Shown piece after piece: positions 37,701 to 49,600 of a stretch of DNA of 64,000 nt (within the stretch, counting starts at the first letter, position 1; every line of letters begins with the position of its first letter). The notes beneath the pieces were generated by a model. It searched no databases. It had not been told where the DNA came from and saw nothing but the letters and a program-made list of their open reading frames with translations. Source of the DNA: a virus (taxonomy: Duplodnaviria > Caudoviricetes). The stretch is taken from positions 2,559 through 66,558 of IMG/VR virus record IMGVR_UViG_3300029305_002894. One strand, written 5' to 3'. The position numbers and the translations under genes are program-made.

Positions 37701-40700
37701 TTGCTAGTTGCTCAATAAAAAAAGCAACAATGCCTTGTATTGCAATGGATAGAGTTTTGGTTGGTAATATTAAAGAAACATTAATTGAGGTTACAATCAC
37801 AACAGGAGATATGATAGGCGAATTCGGTTTTAATAATTATACTAAGCTTAAAAATGTAAAAATTAATAACGTAACTTATATAGCAAAAGGTGCATTCAAA
37901 GGCTGTTCTTCGTTAGAAAATATTATCATTCCTTTTATAGGATCAGAAGAAAATAGCACTATAGAGTATCCTTTTGGGTATATTTTCGGTGAAGATAGTT
38001 ATACAAACGGAGTTGCAACAAAACAATATTACTATCAGAACGGAACTGAAACTTCGGCCACTTATTATATTCCTTCAAGTTTGAAGTCAGTAACTGTTTT
38101 GAGAGGAACAATTCCCTATGGGGCGTTTTATAATTGTAGTAACTTAACAAATATAGAGTTAAGAGATTCTGTTACTAGCATTGAAACTAATGCTTTAAGA
38201 AACTGTACTTCGTTAGAAAGCCTTACTTTGCCCTTTGTAGGTAGCAAGAGTATTAGTGATGAAAGCGAGATGGATTACACTACTGTTTTTGGATATATTT
38301 TTGGCTATAGCACAACCAGTTCTAATGGCGCAACTCATCAATACAGCTCTGGTGGTACAAAATATTATTATTATATACCAACATCATTAAAGTCTGTGAC
38401 GATAACTAACGGAGATCGTCTTTGCAGCGGGTCGTTTTATAATTGTAATATGTTAACTTCAGTTATTATTTCCAAAGCGTGGAGTATAGCTAGAGGAGCT
38501 TTTTATGGATGTACTTCATTAGAACACATAACGGTGCCTTTTGTAGGTGTTGGACACGACAACACTTACGATGAATATGAACAAGGAGATGTTTTTGGAG
38601 CAATTTTCGGCTGGATAGAAACAAGCTCTGATGATGATAGTAATGAAAATACGACTTATCAATATTATTACGAAACATATAATTCAAATGGAGAGGGCGT
38701 AGATCATTGTTGTCACTATTATATTCCTACAAGCTTGAAAACAGTACAAGTATCTGGCTCAATTTTTGAGAGAGCATTTTATAATTGTAAAAATTTAACT
38801 GAAATAATAATTTCAAATAATGGTGGAGCATATTATATAGGCGAAAATGCGTTTTATAATTGTAGATCATTAACAAGTATGGAAATACCTAATGGTGTAA
38901 CTAGTATAGGTAGTAGGGCGTTTATGAGCTGTACTGGTTTGACAAGTATAAAAATATCCAATGGTGTAAAAACAATTGGATCAATGGCGTTTAGTTCATG
39001 TCAAAGTCTTAAAAATATTGTAATTCCTGATAGCACAACAGTTATTGGCTCTAAAGTTTTTTATGATTGTAAAACACTTATAAGCGTAACTATTGGTAGT
39101 GGCGTACAAAGTATTGGTACAGAAGCATGCGATAATTGCATTTCTCTTACAAAAATAAACTACACTGGCACAATAGATGGTTGGGTACAAATTAATTTTG
39201 ATAATTATACCGCGAATCCATTATATTATGCTAAAAATTTATATATTAATAATGAGTTAGTAGAATCTGCGGAACTAACCAATGTAACTACAATATCTCA
39301 ATATGCATTCTATAATTGTAATTCAATAGAAAGTGTAATAATTCCATCTTCGGTTAATAAGGTTGGCCAAGAAGCTTTTTGTGGTTGTATCTCATTAACA
39401 GATGTTTATTGTAGTGACTTGACAAAATGGTACGCAATAGATTTTGCTGATGAAACAGCAAACCCCATGAATAACGCAGAGCATTTTTGGGTAGACGACA
39501 CGCTCATAACCAAAATAAAAATACCAGATGACGTAACCGAAATTAAGCAATACGCTTTTAGTGGTTTTGATGATATAACACGTATAGAAATACCTCTTGG
39601 AGTTACCATGGTTGGTGCTAACGCTTTCCAAGATTGTGTTTCTTCGTCAATTTATTGTAAGGTAGAAAGCAAACCTGATGGTTGGAGTGAAAATTGGAAC
39701 TCTTCTAATCGTCCTGTTTATTGGGGTGTTGTTGAAGATTCTGATTACCAAGGTATAAGTTATCTTTTATACCCCGACCTTGACAAAAATCCAAAAGCAA
39801 TAGTTACTGCTTATGATGGAGTTCAACAGCAATTGATTGTTGACACAGTAGAAAATGGTGGTAAAACTTATAATGTTATATCTATCGATGAAGAAGCATT
39901 TAAGGACTGTATTCCTTTGATAAAAGTTACTATTGGTGAGAATGTAGAGAGTATTGGCGAAAACGCATTCTTGGGTTGTTATAAATTAATTGAGGTATGT
40001 AACAAATCATCATTGTTAATAGAAAAAGAAGGTGTAGATAACGGCTGTGTGGCCCTTTATGCCAAAAATGTATATTCGGACGAAAATGAAACAAAGCTTT
40101 CTTTTAATAAAGAAATATTATACCAAGATGTAATGTCTAATATTTTGGTTGGGTATGAGTATGATACAGCTTCGGCTTTTGCTTTAATAACAAGACAAGA
40201 AAAAGATTTTGTTTTATTGTCAGATGATATCACAGAAATATATCAATATGCTTTCTATGGAAATAAAAATATAACTAATCTCGTTATTCCTAATCAAGTA
40301 ACAATAATTGATACAAATGCCTTCAATATAGATACGGGAGATTCTTTGGTAAAAATATTCTATGAAAATAGCGCAGATAAATGGAATAATATTACAAAAG
40401 GCGGTGTGAATCCCGATGGGTTGCCTATATATTACTATAACGAAGAACAGCCTGCGAATGGTCTCTTTTGGTATTGGAACAACCAAAATCAATTTAAGAT
40501 ATCTGCTAACAAAGACGACAATTATTTGATTGATACTAGTTTATTCAAGGTTGGTTTTGATGGAAAAATTAGAGCGGTTGATGGGGATTTTAGTGGCACG
40601 ATAGAGGCAAATGGTGGTACTATAGGAAATCTAAAGATTGAGAATGGAATAAAGGGTTATGATGGTGACTTAGAAATGTTCGCTTTCACCAACGATGGGT

Positions 40701-41773
40701 TGGTTATGGATAGCATAGGCAGTAAGATTCGTGTAGGTAATTTAGAAATAAAAAAAACAAATGAAGGTTCATGTTTACAGACTGAGGGGCCATTGTATAT
40801 TAAAGGCGTGCAAAAAGGTAGTCTTGTAACTAGTATTGATTTAATGACCGAACAAACCAATGATTATCCTATTACAGCAAATTTAAAATTATTAGCAACA
40901 CGAAATAACAATCATAGTGTAAAAATAAAATTAGTTTCTGATACACAATTGTTTTATGCCGCAACTAAAACTTTCTATTATCGTATGCGTCGATATATGT
41001 TTGGTCAATGGACTGATGAATCAATAAAAACAACTAGTTTAACTATATTTGGAGGTCAGACAGAGAGTAAAGAAGTTATTATTTGTGCAGACCTTGACCA
41101 CGGCACAGTATCCAATTATAATCTTCAAATAGGATTGACTGAAAACGATATGGCAAATGGATTAAATATGGATATTATAGAAACAATAAAAGAAGACACG
41201 CAAATTTACCCTCTTGGGAATAATAATTTCATCGAATCTCAAAAACAGGCTACCAATAACATAAAAATAACTGGAAACTTAATTCCAAGCGTTTTAGAAA
41301 ATAGGCTAACGGAATATTCTCTTGGAAATTCACAAGCAAAATGGTTAAGTATATATGCTATATCTGGAAGTATTGATCAGCTTAATACTGCTGCTCAAAC
41401 TATTGATGATTCCGACAGAAACAAGAAAAACACAATAGAACCCATATCTGCTAATTACGAAGCAATCTTTGATACCTTGAGACCAGTAACTTTTAAGTAT
41501 AATAATGGCGAAAGTGATAGGCTTCATACGGGTTTTATTGCCCAAGAAGTGAAAGAAGCTACAGAAAATGCTGGACTAACAACCAAGGATTTTGCGGCTT
41601 ATTGTGAATGGGAAGATAGTAACGGAGAAATGACCTGTGGCTTAAGATATGGAGAATTTATAGCTCTTTGCGTAGATCAAATTCAAAAACTTAAGCTTTG
41701 TGTAGTCGAACAAGACAAAGTGATTAGCGATTTAACAAGCAGATTAGAAGCATTAGAAGAAAAAATGAAATAA
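34742..41773 (+). CDS. Giant tail spike/fibre with BspA-type LRR region and C-terminal peptidase S74 autochaperone
   Basis: 2,343 aa; HYNLSGRDEVDQHPITAITGL motif, coiled coil, many IGxxAFxxCxxL repeats (about 37500-40400), SDRNKK...LRPVTFKY...HTGFIAQEV chaperone motif from about 41410. Confidence 0.8.
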   Translation: MNEELIKIVTEDNFDVETAEVVESEVHLEDFEQSVDVEETVETVEVETVEEIEIEVEEAVGWVGGNSTRHYNLSGRDEVDQHPITAITGLRAELNQIEALQTVCSDKKQQADYYLWGETEDIGPGYFVRLGKDGKIYKCTNETIDGEQVIKTYRTIDILGVTVSEAGFVGNDKKITGTCTSAKATNINYALVTTTGVVDVLCGHDVIVGDYVFPTVGGRATKSTGSYGYLVTALVQNGAIVQEINNDEVLYARIVLQQSITNAKNISDNVDYLLKEAKRLNENITTYGNTAETALKHAEELVEAAKNSANEANSNAQNAVDAAVGVQDAVKNITTSNNNTSEIAQQASKDAEKAIETANSIKSAAIEEANKTAVEVAQENIELIKALELRLDEYTVGKYSQAYGLTYKQAKAILPIGITFIPIDENPAATGAKTEYEEVYASDEGADIKQTFTVGYSYVWGSEGWLLENHVPNVSFNRNMVERIDGYYWLVPENYNDTEYKRGTLYRWENGKWTEKAVRVENTMSRTIAHLYHEDDTIRQSVSTVDGRVAAVETKVTETDARVGLVASVPTELVGVKPGNYNNETEKLNIILKGATDEETLTILKADWTEHAISKGNGVHHYVVGKQLPYDVYTCVVESRVATFTKSNIITYDGVNFYKINIASIITSANEDGSDIQLNANKIQFNGQGIFQDKNGNITQIDGNYITTGKIKASVMEASEIIGAINESNDTSLKINADHIVLDGADISLAGKNINLTSDNITISSTNFSVDSSGNVTAKSGTIGQCELKDGQLTATHLSSISANLGEVTAGVIQSPDYIDGDAIVIWETPETEEVDNPPVSVMSEEENVVEEEIVQEDENVVSEEEYPVSLTSELDDGEISIVSEEVEKTPSIGLVYSFDGTSYSVTGVGTCTDTDIVIPSVYDDGVNGEHSVTSIGSSAFYGCSSLTSIEIPNSVTSIGFDAFEYCSSLENVIIPNSVTYIGIGAFASCSIKKATMPCIAMDRVLVGNIKETLIEVTITTGDMIGEFGFNNYTKLKNVKINNVTYIAKGAFKGCSSLENIIIPFIGSEENSTIEYPFGYIFGEDSYTNGVATKQYYYQNGTETSATYYIPSSLKSVTVLRGTIPYGAFYNCSNLTNIELRDSVTSIETNALRNCTSLESLTLPFVGSKSISDESEMDYTTVFGYIFGYSTTSSNGATHQYSSGGTKYYYYIPTSLKSVTITNGDRLCSGSFYNCNMLTSVIISKAWSIARGAFYGCTSLEHITVPFVGVGHDNTYDEYEQGDVFGAIFGWIETSSDDDSNENTTYQYYYETYNSNGEGVDHCCHYYIPTSLKTVQVSGSIFERAFYNCKNLTEIIISNNGGAYYIGENAFYNCRSLTSMEIPNGVTSIGSRAFMSCTGLTSIKISNGVKTIGSMAFSSCQSLKNIVIPDSTTVIGSKVFYDCKTLISVTIGSGVQSIGTEACDNCISLTKINYTGTIDGWVQINFDNYTANPLYYAKNLYINNELVESAELTNVTTISQYAFYNCNSIESVIIPSSVNKVGQEAFCGCISLTDVYCSDLTKWYAIDFADETANPMNNAEHFWVDDTLITKIKIPDDVTEIKQYAFSGFDDITRIEIPLGVTMVGANAFQDCVSSSIYCKVESKPDGWSENWNSSNRPVYWGVVEDSDYQGISYLLYPDLDKNPKAIVTAYDGVQQQLIVDTVENGGKTYNVISIDEEAFKDCIPLIKVTIGENVESIGENAFLGCYKLIEVCNKSSLLIEKEGVDNGCVALYAKNVYSDENETKLSFNKEILYQDVMSNILVGYEYDTASAFALITRQEKDFVLLSDDITEIYQYAFYGNKNITNLVIPNQVTIIDTNAFNIDTGDSLVKIFYENSADKWNNITKGGVNPDGLPIYYYNEEQPANGLFWYWNNQNQFKISANKDDNYLIDTSLFKVGFDGKIRAVDGDFSGTIEANGGTIGNLKIENGIKGYDGDLEMFAFTNDGLVMDSIGSKIRVGNLEIKKTNEGSCLQTEGPLYIKGVQKGSLVTSIDLMTEQTNDYPITANLKLLATRNNNHSVKIKLVSDTQLFYAATKTFYYRMRRYMFGQWTDESIKTTSLTIFGGQTESKEVIICADLDHGTVSNYNLQIGLTENDMANGLNMDIIETIKEDTQIYPLGNNNFIESQKQATNNIKITGNLIPSVLENRLTEYSLGNSQAKWLSIYAISGSIDQLNTAAQTIDDSDRNKKNTIEPISANYEAIFDTLRPVTFKYNNGESDRLHTGFIAQEVKEATENAGLTTKDFAAYCEWEDSNGEMTCGLRYGEFIALCVDQIQKLKLCVVEQDKVISDLTSRLEALEEKMK

Positions 41774-41783
41774 GGTTATATAT

Positions 41784-41812
41784 GGGAGATGGCACAACGC
41801 CGTCTCCCCTTT
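41784..41812 (+). terminator. Intrinsic terminator
   Basis: GGGAGATGGC-ACAAC-GCCGTCTCCC followed by CTTT. Confidence 0.7.
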
Positions 41813-41835
41813 ATAATGTTTGGAGGAAAAGGATA

Positions 41836-42354
41836 ATGGTAATATGTGGGATAGATGCCAGCACAAACAAAACCGGCATCAGTATATTTAAAGATGGTAA
41901 ATATATTGAGCATACACTCATAGATTTACACAAAGATAAAAAAATAGAAACACGTCTACCAAAAATGATGTGTGAAATCTGTTCATATCTAGATAAGGCA
42001 CAACCCGATAAAATTATTATGGAAAAAAGTGTACTTAAATCAAATGTAGCAACTGTGCAATTACTCAGTATGTTGTCAGGTGCAGTTTTATGTTATGCGG
42101 CACAACATGATATTAAGTTTGAAAACCCAACTCCTTCAGCTTGGAGGGCTCGTGTTGGGTTACAACAATCTAATAAAGTGGAGCGTACAGCACTTAAACT
42201 GGAGGCATTACAAGCCGTTAAACAGGAATATGGACTTGATGTGACCGACGATGAGGCTGAGAGTATTTTGCTTGGCAGAAGTGGCTTTGAGCTACCTAAA
42301 TTAAACATTACCACTGAAGATGTGGATTGGGATTTAGTAGATACGCTAAATTAA
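41836..42354 (+). CDS. RuvC-like Holliday junction resolvase
   Basis: Likely ATG 41836; GIDASTNKTG (Asp), IIMEK (Glu), PSAWR and DDEAESI motifs of the phage RuvC type. Confidence 0.75.
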   Translation: MVICGIDASTNKTGISIFKDGKYIEHTLIDLHKDKKIETRLPKMMCEICSYLDKAQPDKIIMEKSVLKSNVATVQLLSMLSGAVLCYAAQHDIKFENPTPSAWRARVGLQQSNKVERTALKLEALQAVKQEYGLDVTDDEAESILLGRSGFELPKLNITTEDVDWDLVDTLN

Positions 42355-42408
42355 ACAATACAAAATAATTATTGAAGAAGTTTTTTGGATAAAAGGAGAA
42401 ATGTTATT

Positions 42409-42987
42409 ATGAAAATTATTGAATTAGTAGAACAAATTAAAACAAACAAAATACAAAACACAGATTATAAACCTCACGCAGTTGAGGATTTTTTAATGGA
42501 AAACATAAAATTTAAAACTTACTTACCATTTGTAGACAAGCGTGAACTTTGTGCTAAAGTTCTTGAAGCGGCATGTAGTAAAAATGGTGGTTTAATAGAA
42601 GTTGATAGTGTAAGTAGATATATATTATTTACGATGAGTATGCTTACGCATTATACAAATTTGGATTTTGAAAATAATGATGGCCTAGATACTATAGGGG
42701 CTTACGACCTTCTTTGCGAAAACAATTTGCTTAACCCAATATTAGGTTGCATTGGCAACGAATATACGGTTTGCAACAACATGCTTAATATGATGACGGG
42801 TGATATTATGACAAATAATAATAGTGCTGTTACGGTGCTAAACGAAGCGGTAACAAAATTATTAGATATTGTGGACGATTTCGCTGATGTTTTGGCTGAA
42901 AAGGTTGAAGGCTTAAACTTAGATCTAAGTAAATTTGATATAAATAAATTAGAAGGATTATTAAAGAAATTTGAGATTATGAAGTAA
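42409..42987 (+). CDS. Hypothetical protein (possible tail assembly chaperone)
   Basis: Likely ATG 42409 after AAGGAG; helical; two genes before the tape measure. Confidence 0.5.
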   Translation: MKIIELVEQIKTNKIQNTDYKPHAVEDFLMENIKFKTYLPFVDKRELCAKVLEAACSKNGGLIEVDSVSRYILFTMSMLTHYTNLDFENNDGLDTIGAYDLLCENNLLNPILGCIGNEYTVCNNMLNMMTGDIMTNNNSAVTVLNEAVTKLLDIVDDFADVLAEKVEGLNLDLSKFDINKLEGLLKKFEIMK

Positions 42988-42989
42988 AA

Positions 42990-43595
42990 TTGGAGGAGTT
43001 AAATATGAAGGATTTTGGCAAACAATTACAAAAAGAAATCCTAAAACAGATATTAGACACAGAAGTCCCAAAAATTAAAAAAGTTATAAAATATGTTAGC
43101 GAACATGTACAGACGGATTTTGTTAATCAAACTAATACATTAATAGATTTATATTATGAAGGATATGAGCCTGCATCATATGTAAGGACTGAAGATTATA
43201 GAAAAAAACAACCAAGAGATGAGAGGGGAAGGTATTCCAAGAAGGGCGAAGACACAAGAAGACGTGCAAATGATATAAGTTTACGTGAAGCGATAAAAGC
43301 AAAAGGCGAACCCGGTGTTGGTCTCTGTAGATCTATTAATGGTAGCAAATTTGGTTATGAGGCCGGTGTTATGTTTGACCCAGGATATTTTGACACAGCA
43401 ATGAAGCATAGTGTTCGTGGGATTGAAGAATGGGATATTGTTAGCAACTTCCTTTATAGTAACTCTAATGGTGTGGGAAATTTACCACAAATGCAAAGAA
43501 GTCCGGAGGCTGCTACGATATTAGATAGCTTTTGGGCAAATTATGATAGTACATTTGATAAGCATTACAATAATGCATATAGAAAATTTAAATAA
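42990..43595 (+). CDS. Hypothetical tail-module protein
   Basis: 201 aa directly before the tape measure; contains basic QPRDERGRYSK segment. Confidence 0.5.
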   Translation: MEELNMKDFGKQLQKEILKQILDTEVPKIKKVIKYVSEHVQTDFVNQTNTLIDLYYEGYEPASYVRTEDYRKKQPRDERGRYSKKGEDTRRRANDISLREAIKAKGEPGVGLCRSINGSKFGYEAGVMFDPGYFDTAMKHSVRGIEEWDIVSNFLYSNSNGVGNLPQMQRSPEAATILDSFWANYDSTFDKHYNNAYRKFK

Positions 43596-43609
43596 GGAGG
43601 TGGGTATCT

Positions 43610-46600
43610 ATGCCGAATGAAAATATTAAAAAATGGGTCATAGAGATGGATGCCAACACAGAAAAACTTAGAAAAAAGTTAGAGGCTGGCGAGCTCTTAA
43701 AACCAAAAGAAGTACAAAAATTACAAAGTTTTCTTAAGAATATTATAGGCGTTGCCGCAAAAGACGCAGAAACCATTGGTAAAAAAGTAAGCGCTGGATT
43801 TAAAGATATTGATACCAAAGGCCTCGAAGACGCTCTTGAATTCATTAAGGGCATGTTTAAGGATATTAACAAAGGTAAAAATCCTATTAGCGATTGGGCT
43901 ACCGAAGGAGAGAAAACTTACAAGAGATTCTCTCAATTGGAAGCTAGCGTTTCAGAATTAAAAACAACTACAGCAAAATTGGGTGTTGATATTGCTAATG
44001 TTAATCAACAAATGGCGACACTAAATGCTAATACTGACAAGTTTATTCAGTCTTATAAAGCTATTAATCCAAGCAAATTTACTGGAGTTAAAAAAGGTGT
44101 TACTGATACTATAGTTGTTACTAAAAAATTAGATGATACATTTAAGGCTTTGGGAAAGAATACTAGTGGTATTGATAAGGGTTCTAAAAAACTGAGCGAT
44201 TATATAAAATTATGGGAAACGGCCACTGGTAAAAAATATACATTTAAGTTAAGCAAAGATGTAGATTCTCAGTTAATAAGTCTAAGCGACAAACTTGAGA
44301 CGGCAGAATATAAAGTAATCGAACTGCAAAATAAATTGTCTTCAATGCCTACTGACACAAAGTTGCAAAAACAATTTAAAGATGCACAATTAGAATTAGC
44401 AAAACTTTACATACAAGTACAGGATTTTGAAGAAAAATCATGGGGTGACGTAGGTGAAGATTTTGGTTTAGACTTAAAGAAAATACAAAAAGATCTTACC
44501 GAAATACTTGGTAATTTTTCTAAAAAACTTGAGCAAGTTGTTGATAAGATGTCTACCATTAAGATAGACTTAGGGCTACCGGAATATTCGGATTTTGCTA
44601 ATAAAATTAATAACTTTATTGATGGTATAAACGCAGGCAAAGGTGGTACGCTTAAAGATGTCAACCTTACCGCAAAGATTGCAAATGTTAAAGATGTTCA
44701 ATCTAGTGGAATTGATGTTGACACAAAACCAGAAAAGAAAACTAAATCAACAGAAAAATCACCAACTTCAAAAAGATTAGAAGATGAAATTGCAAAATTA
44801 CAAAAGCAAGTTTCAGAAAAAAATACTCAACTCAACGAATTAAAAGCAAAACAAGCTACCGATGATACAAACGATAAACAAAAAGCAGGTTTTCAAACTC
44901 AAATCGATCGTGTTGATAAAGAAATTAAGGCACTCGAAGGCTCTATTGCCGATTACCAATACTTAATTAAAGAAATTGAAAGCAATCCAGGTAGTGGTCT
45001 TGCCAGTGAAGTTAGAAGGTGGCAAACTACTGAAGCTAATATTGGTAGAGCACAAGACCGTATTTTACAAAAAACTAAAGAGTGGAAAAATGAAATTATT
45101 AAAGCCATGACGGTTAGTTCGGAAGAGCTAGACTTTGAATATGGCTGGGACAAGAGTGTGAATGTTGGTGCACAAAACCTAAAATCCGCACTTGAAAACT
45201 ATTTCGCAGATTCGCCTATCAATATTACAATTAATACCGATAGTATTGGTGAGCAAATAAAAGCCGCCATAGAAGAAAAAGGTGTTACTCTTGGTTCTAG
45301 TGGAGGAACGGCTCAATTAAATTCACAAGAAGTTGTGGATATGATTATGTCGTTATTGACTGGTGCGAATGTTAGTGCACAGTCTGAAAAAGCCGTAGTA
45401 GAAACAAAGCAAGAAATTGCCCAACAAGAAGCGGAGGCTGTGAATGCCACTAGTAATGCTGTACAAAACAACACAGAGAAAACTGTAAGATATGTGGCTG
45501 CATTAGACAAACTTGATATCAAATTTACAGATATAATTAGCGCAATCACAGAATTTGCCAACGAGACTATTAATGCCAAAAAACCTGCCAAGGGTGGCAA
45601 AAAAGCACAAGGTCAACTTTCCGCTTGGGGTTTCGATTTTAAGAAAATAGCAAAAGGAGAGTTAAACGAAGCTGATTTTGTTACAATGCTCCAAAATGCT
45701 ATGATGAAAGTTAATGATGATGGTGGTGTACAAGGTGCTCGTGTTATAAATTATTTACAGGGTATTTTGGATGATCCTAAGAATAATTTTGACATAACAT
45801 CTGGTATGGGTGCCGTTATTAATAGGCTTAAAGAACAATTAACGGAACTATTAACACTTTCTGGAGTTAATGTTGAACATGAACTTGCACAGCAAAGACG
45901 TTATGAGCGTTTTGAAATTTATAATAATGTTAAGGATGCGGGTCGCAAATTAGATTACTTGCGACAAATTGGATATACGTCAGTATATAATGATGTTAAG
46001 GCTCGAAACGTACCAGAAATTGAAAAGATTGAAAAAGTACGAAATAAACTAAAAGAAGATGGTCGCAGTACATCTAAATTTGATGAGTTACTAGAACTAA
46101 CTAAAGATTTTAACAACCTTGGTATGTATGATCAAACAGCAATAGACGATTATTGGAATACAGTCGAGTATATGTTTGAAAAACCACGGAAAATATACGA
46201 AAAACTATACGGTCAAGTAAAAAATTTTCAATTCGAAATTGACACCGATAAGGGCACAAAAGAAACAAGTGGGGGACGTGGATATTTAAGCATCCCAGAA
46301 GATGCAAACATTAAAGAAGTAAGAATATACCCTACTCAAGCTTACTTAAACACACACAAGGGCGAAGAATTGCCCGCTTATTTCAATGATAGGCGCAAGC
46401 CACCAAAACGAAATATATTAACAGAAGACCTAGAAGGTGTTACACCATTTAATATTGCAGAAAGAGAAGATGGTGGTATTCGTGGTGGAGATAAAGGTAT
46501 TGACATATTACGCAATACTGCCGAAAAAGCACCAGAGTTGGAGACAAAAGCCAATGAATTGGATGCAAAAATACAAGAATTAATTGACACAATTGAGTTG

Positions 46601-49600
46601 CTTAAAAACGACGTAATGCGTTTGACTCGCACAGAAACAACCAATGTTAGTTTAAAGTCATTAGCTGAAATTGGTACGGAAATTATAAAAACTGAAAACG
46701 AATTAAAAACATTACAAGGCGATTTGAGTGCTGAGTTAGCAAAAATGTCGTCGTATAAAAAAGAAATTCAAGAGATTGAAAAATACAAGTCATATTCTAA
46801 AGAAGAATTGAGTGCAATTGAAAAAGATGCAAGCGACAAAATAGGTCAACGCATGGCACTTGATGCTTTTGAAAGCTTGCGCAATTCTAAAAACCCAACA
46901 AAAGATGCTATTTTTAACGCACGTCAAAAAATGTCCGTATTGGGTGATGACACTATCAACAAAGAGCTTGAATCTTTGTATTCTGAAAGATTAGAATTAG
47001 ATAAAATTCTAAACGACAAAAAGGTTTCGAAAACACGCAAAAACACTGCTCAAAAATTATTTGATCAAAAATTTAATAATTTTATCGCAATGATAAACCA
47101 AGATGCGTTTGATGTTTTATTTAAACAAACAAAAGATGTCAACTTACAATCTGAAACAAAACGTCAAAAAAGAGCACATACTGCTTACTGGGAGCCACAA
47201 AAGTTAGATACGGAAATTGACGACATTAATAAAAATGTTGTTGTTTCAGAGAAAGAACAGTCTAAAATTCAATCAAAGATTGACGAAACTAACAAACAAC
47301 TTGAAAAAAACAAAGCAAATCAAGCAAAAGAAATTACAAAAATTTCTAATATTTTCAAAGAAGTTAAAAGCACATTGCACAAGGAAGCCGAAGATTATGT
47401 TAAACTATTGCAAACCTTAGATCCAAAAAACGAAGGTTATGAAACAGCATTAGCAAAACTACAACAAACTATAGGGGCTATACAAAGTACGCAATCTGTT
47501 TTTGAAAAGTTTAAAAAATCAACTGGTAAAACTAGAAGTAAATTGTTCAGCAAAAATGAAACAAAAGCCATTGACAGTTGGACAGCACAATTTGTTACAG
47601 ACAAACCAGATGTTTTAAGCGACACTCAAGGATTGTTGGTAGATAGAGAAAATGATTTAAATGCCGCAAAAACAGAACGATTAAACACAGAAAATGCATT
47701 AAAAGATGCTACAAATAAGCAAAACACATTAAGTGTTGCTGAAAAAGAAATTGCGTTTGCAAAAGAATATAATCGTTTATTGGCCGAGGAAGAACAACAT
47801 CTTGCCAACATTGCTAAGTTAAAAAAGCAAGGTGCAACCCAAGATGATATTCGTGCAGAACAAGAAGCACTTAATGCTACACGAGAAGAACTTAATAATT
47901 TTCTTGCTAACAACAAAAATAATGATAGACATTTGTATGCACTAGATGAGGCTAAAGAATATACATTACAAATATATAAAGCCAACAAGCAATATTATGC
48001 CGCGGAAAAAGAACTAAATAAAATCAAAAAAGAAGAAGCGGATTTAAACAAATATCCTTTGTTTACACAGGGTGCTGGGCGTTACGAGTTAGACGATTAT
48101 AAAACCGAGTTAGCAAACAAGCGTGCGAAGGAATTCGAGGATGCCGAATACGCTCGACTACGTGAAAAATGGGGCGGTAAGCGTAGACGTGATATATCTG
48201 ATGAAGATTTGGCCGCATATGATGCAGATTACAAACAGCTCGATGAGGACGTTAGGGCGGAACGTAAGCGATATAAAGATTCGTTAAAGGCAGTTACCAT
48301 TGATGGTATTACGCAACTTGCAACCATAACCACTAAAACTGTTAATGGTGTTACCGAAGAAGTTGTTGATGAGGTTATCGATAAGAATTTAAAAACCACA
48401 TTAGCTAAACGCTTAAGAATAGATAGTCGAAAAGAAAACGCACAAAACATTTATGATTCTCGTAAAGATACCGTTAAAGGTCTTGAACGAGAAAAAGAAA
48501 AGGCAATGCGATACGGACAAGTTACCGACGAAGAGGTTGAAAACGATAGTCTTGTTCGAAAACAAAAAGAATATATTGATAAACTCTTTAAGCTTCAAGA
48601 AAAAGAGAAACAATTGGTAGCACAATATGATAGATTAGATAACGAAACAAAATTATATCGTGACAAAAAGAAAAACCAAATGAGTCCCGAAGAGACTGAA
48701 AAGGTTAAAAACTTTAAAGACACAGCTAAAGAACTTGAGAGGGTTCAAGAGCAAATAGATGATTATACAACTCGTGTTGAAAACTACACAGCGGTTATTA
48801 ATCAAAAACCAGAATACACAAAACAAGAAAAGGATGCTACCGTTGAGTTAAGCAAAGCAACTGAAAAACTTACTCATGATAAAGCAGAACTAGCTAAAGT
48901 TCAAACCGAAATTACCGAGTTAGAAGAAAAATACAATGCAATTGCTGACGGTACTCCTGAAAAAGAAGCGGCTTTAGCTGAGTTAGAAAGAAAAAGAAAT
49001 TACCGAGATTCATTAAACAGTAGAATTGACAAAGGTCGTTTAAGTGCAACTTATTGGGCTGGACAAACTGGTAAAACAGAAACTCAACCTGAAACTTCTA
49101 CGCCTACAACAACATCAACCGAAACCACAACTATTAAGGGTGGTTTGTTTGGTGCCCTTGCTGATAGTATTATAAACGGCGTTCGTGAAGGATTTAGTAG
49201 TGTAAGTTTAGACCCAAATCAGTCTGGCATTGCTACGGAAATTACACTTCGTGCAATATTTGATTTACTTAGTGGTGGTGGTGCTTACGGTGAAGAACTT
49301 GATAGAAAGCACGCCGCTTGGCAGGCCGGACATCCTATGGTGCAACAACCTTCTAGGTCTACTGAAATTTCTAGCGAGGAAGAAAAACAAGAAGAAAAAC
49401 CTAAAAAAATAAGTAAAACTCAACAGCAAATGGCGAGATTATCCGAAGAAGGCCAAAAGGTTTGGAAGGATATTACCGATGCTGCTAAGAAAACAAAAGA
49501 AGAAATTGAGGGTTTAAAGAAATCGACACTAACCAATAAGATGTCAAAGTTAGCGCAAGAGGTTTCTACCGAAAGTGATACTGCTACAAAACTAAGGAAA

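Noticed and set aside
42409-43595. Programmed -1 frameshift tail chaperone pair
   Set aside because: No convincing XXXYYYZ slippery site seen near the end of the first gene, and the second gene has its own start.
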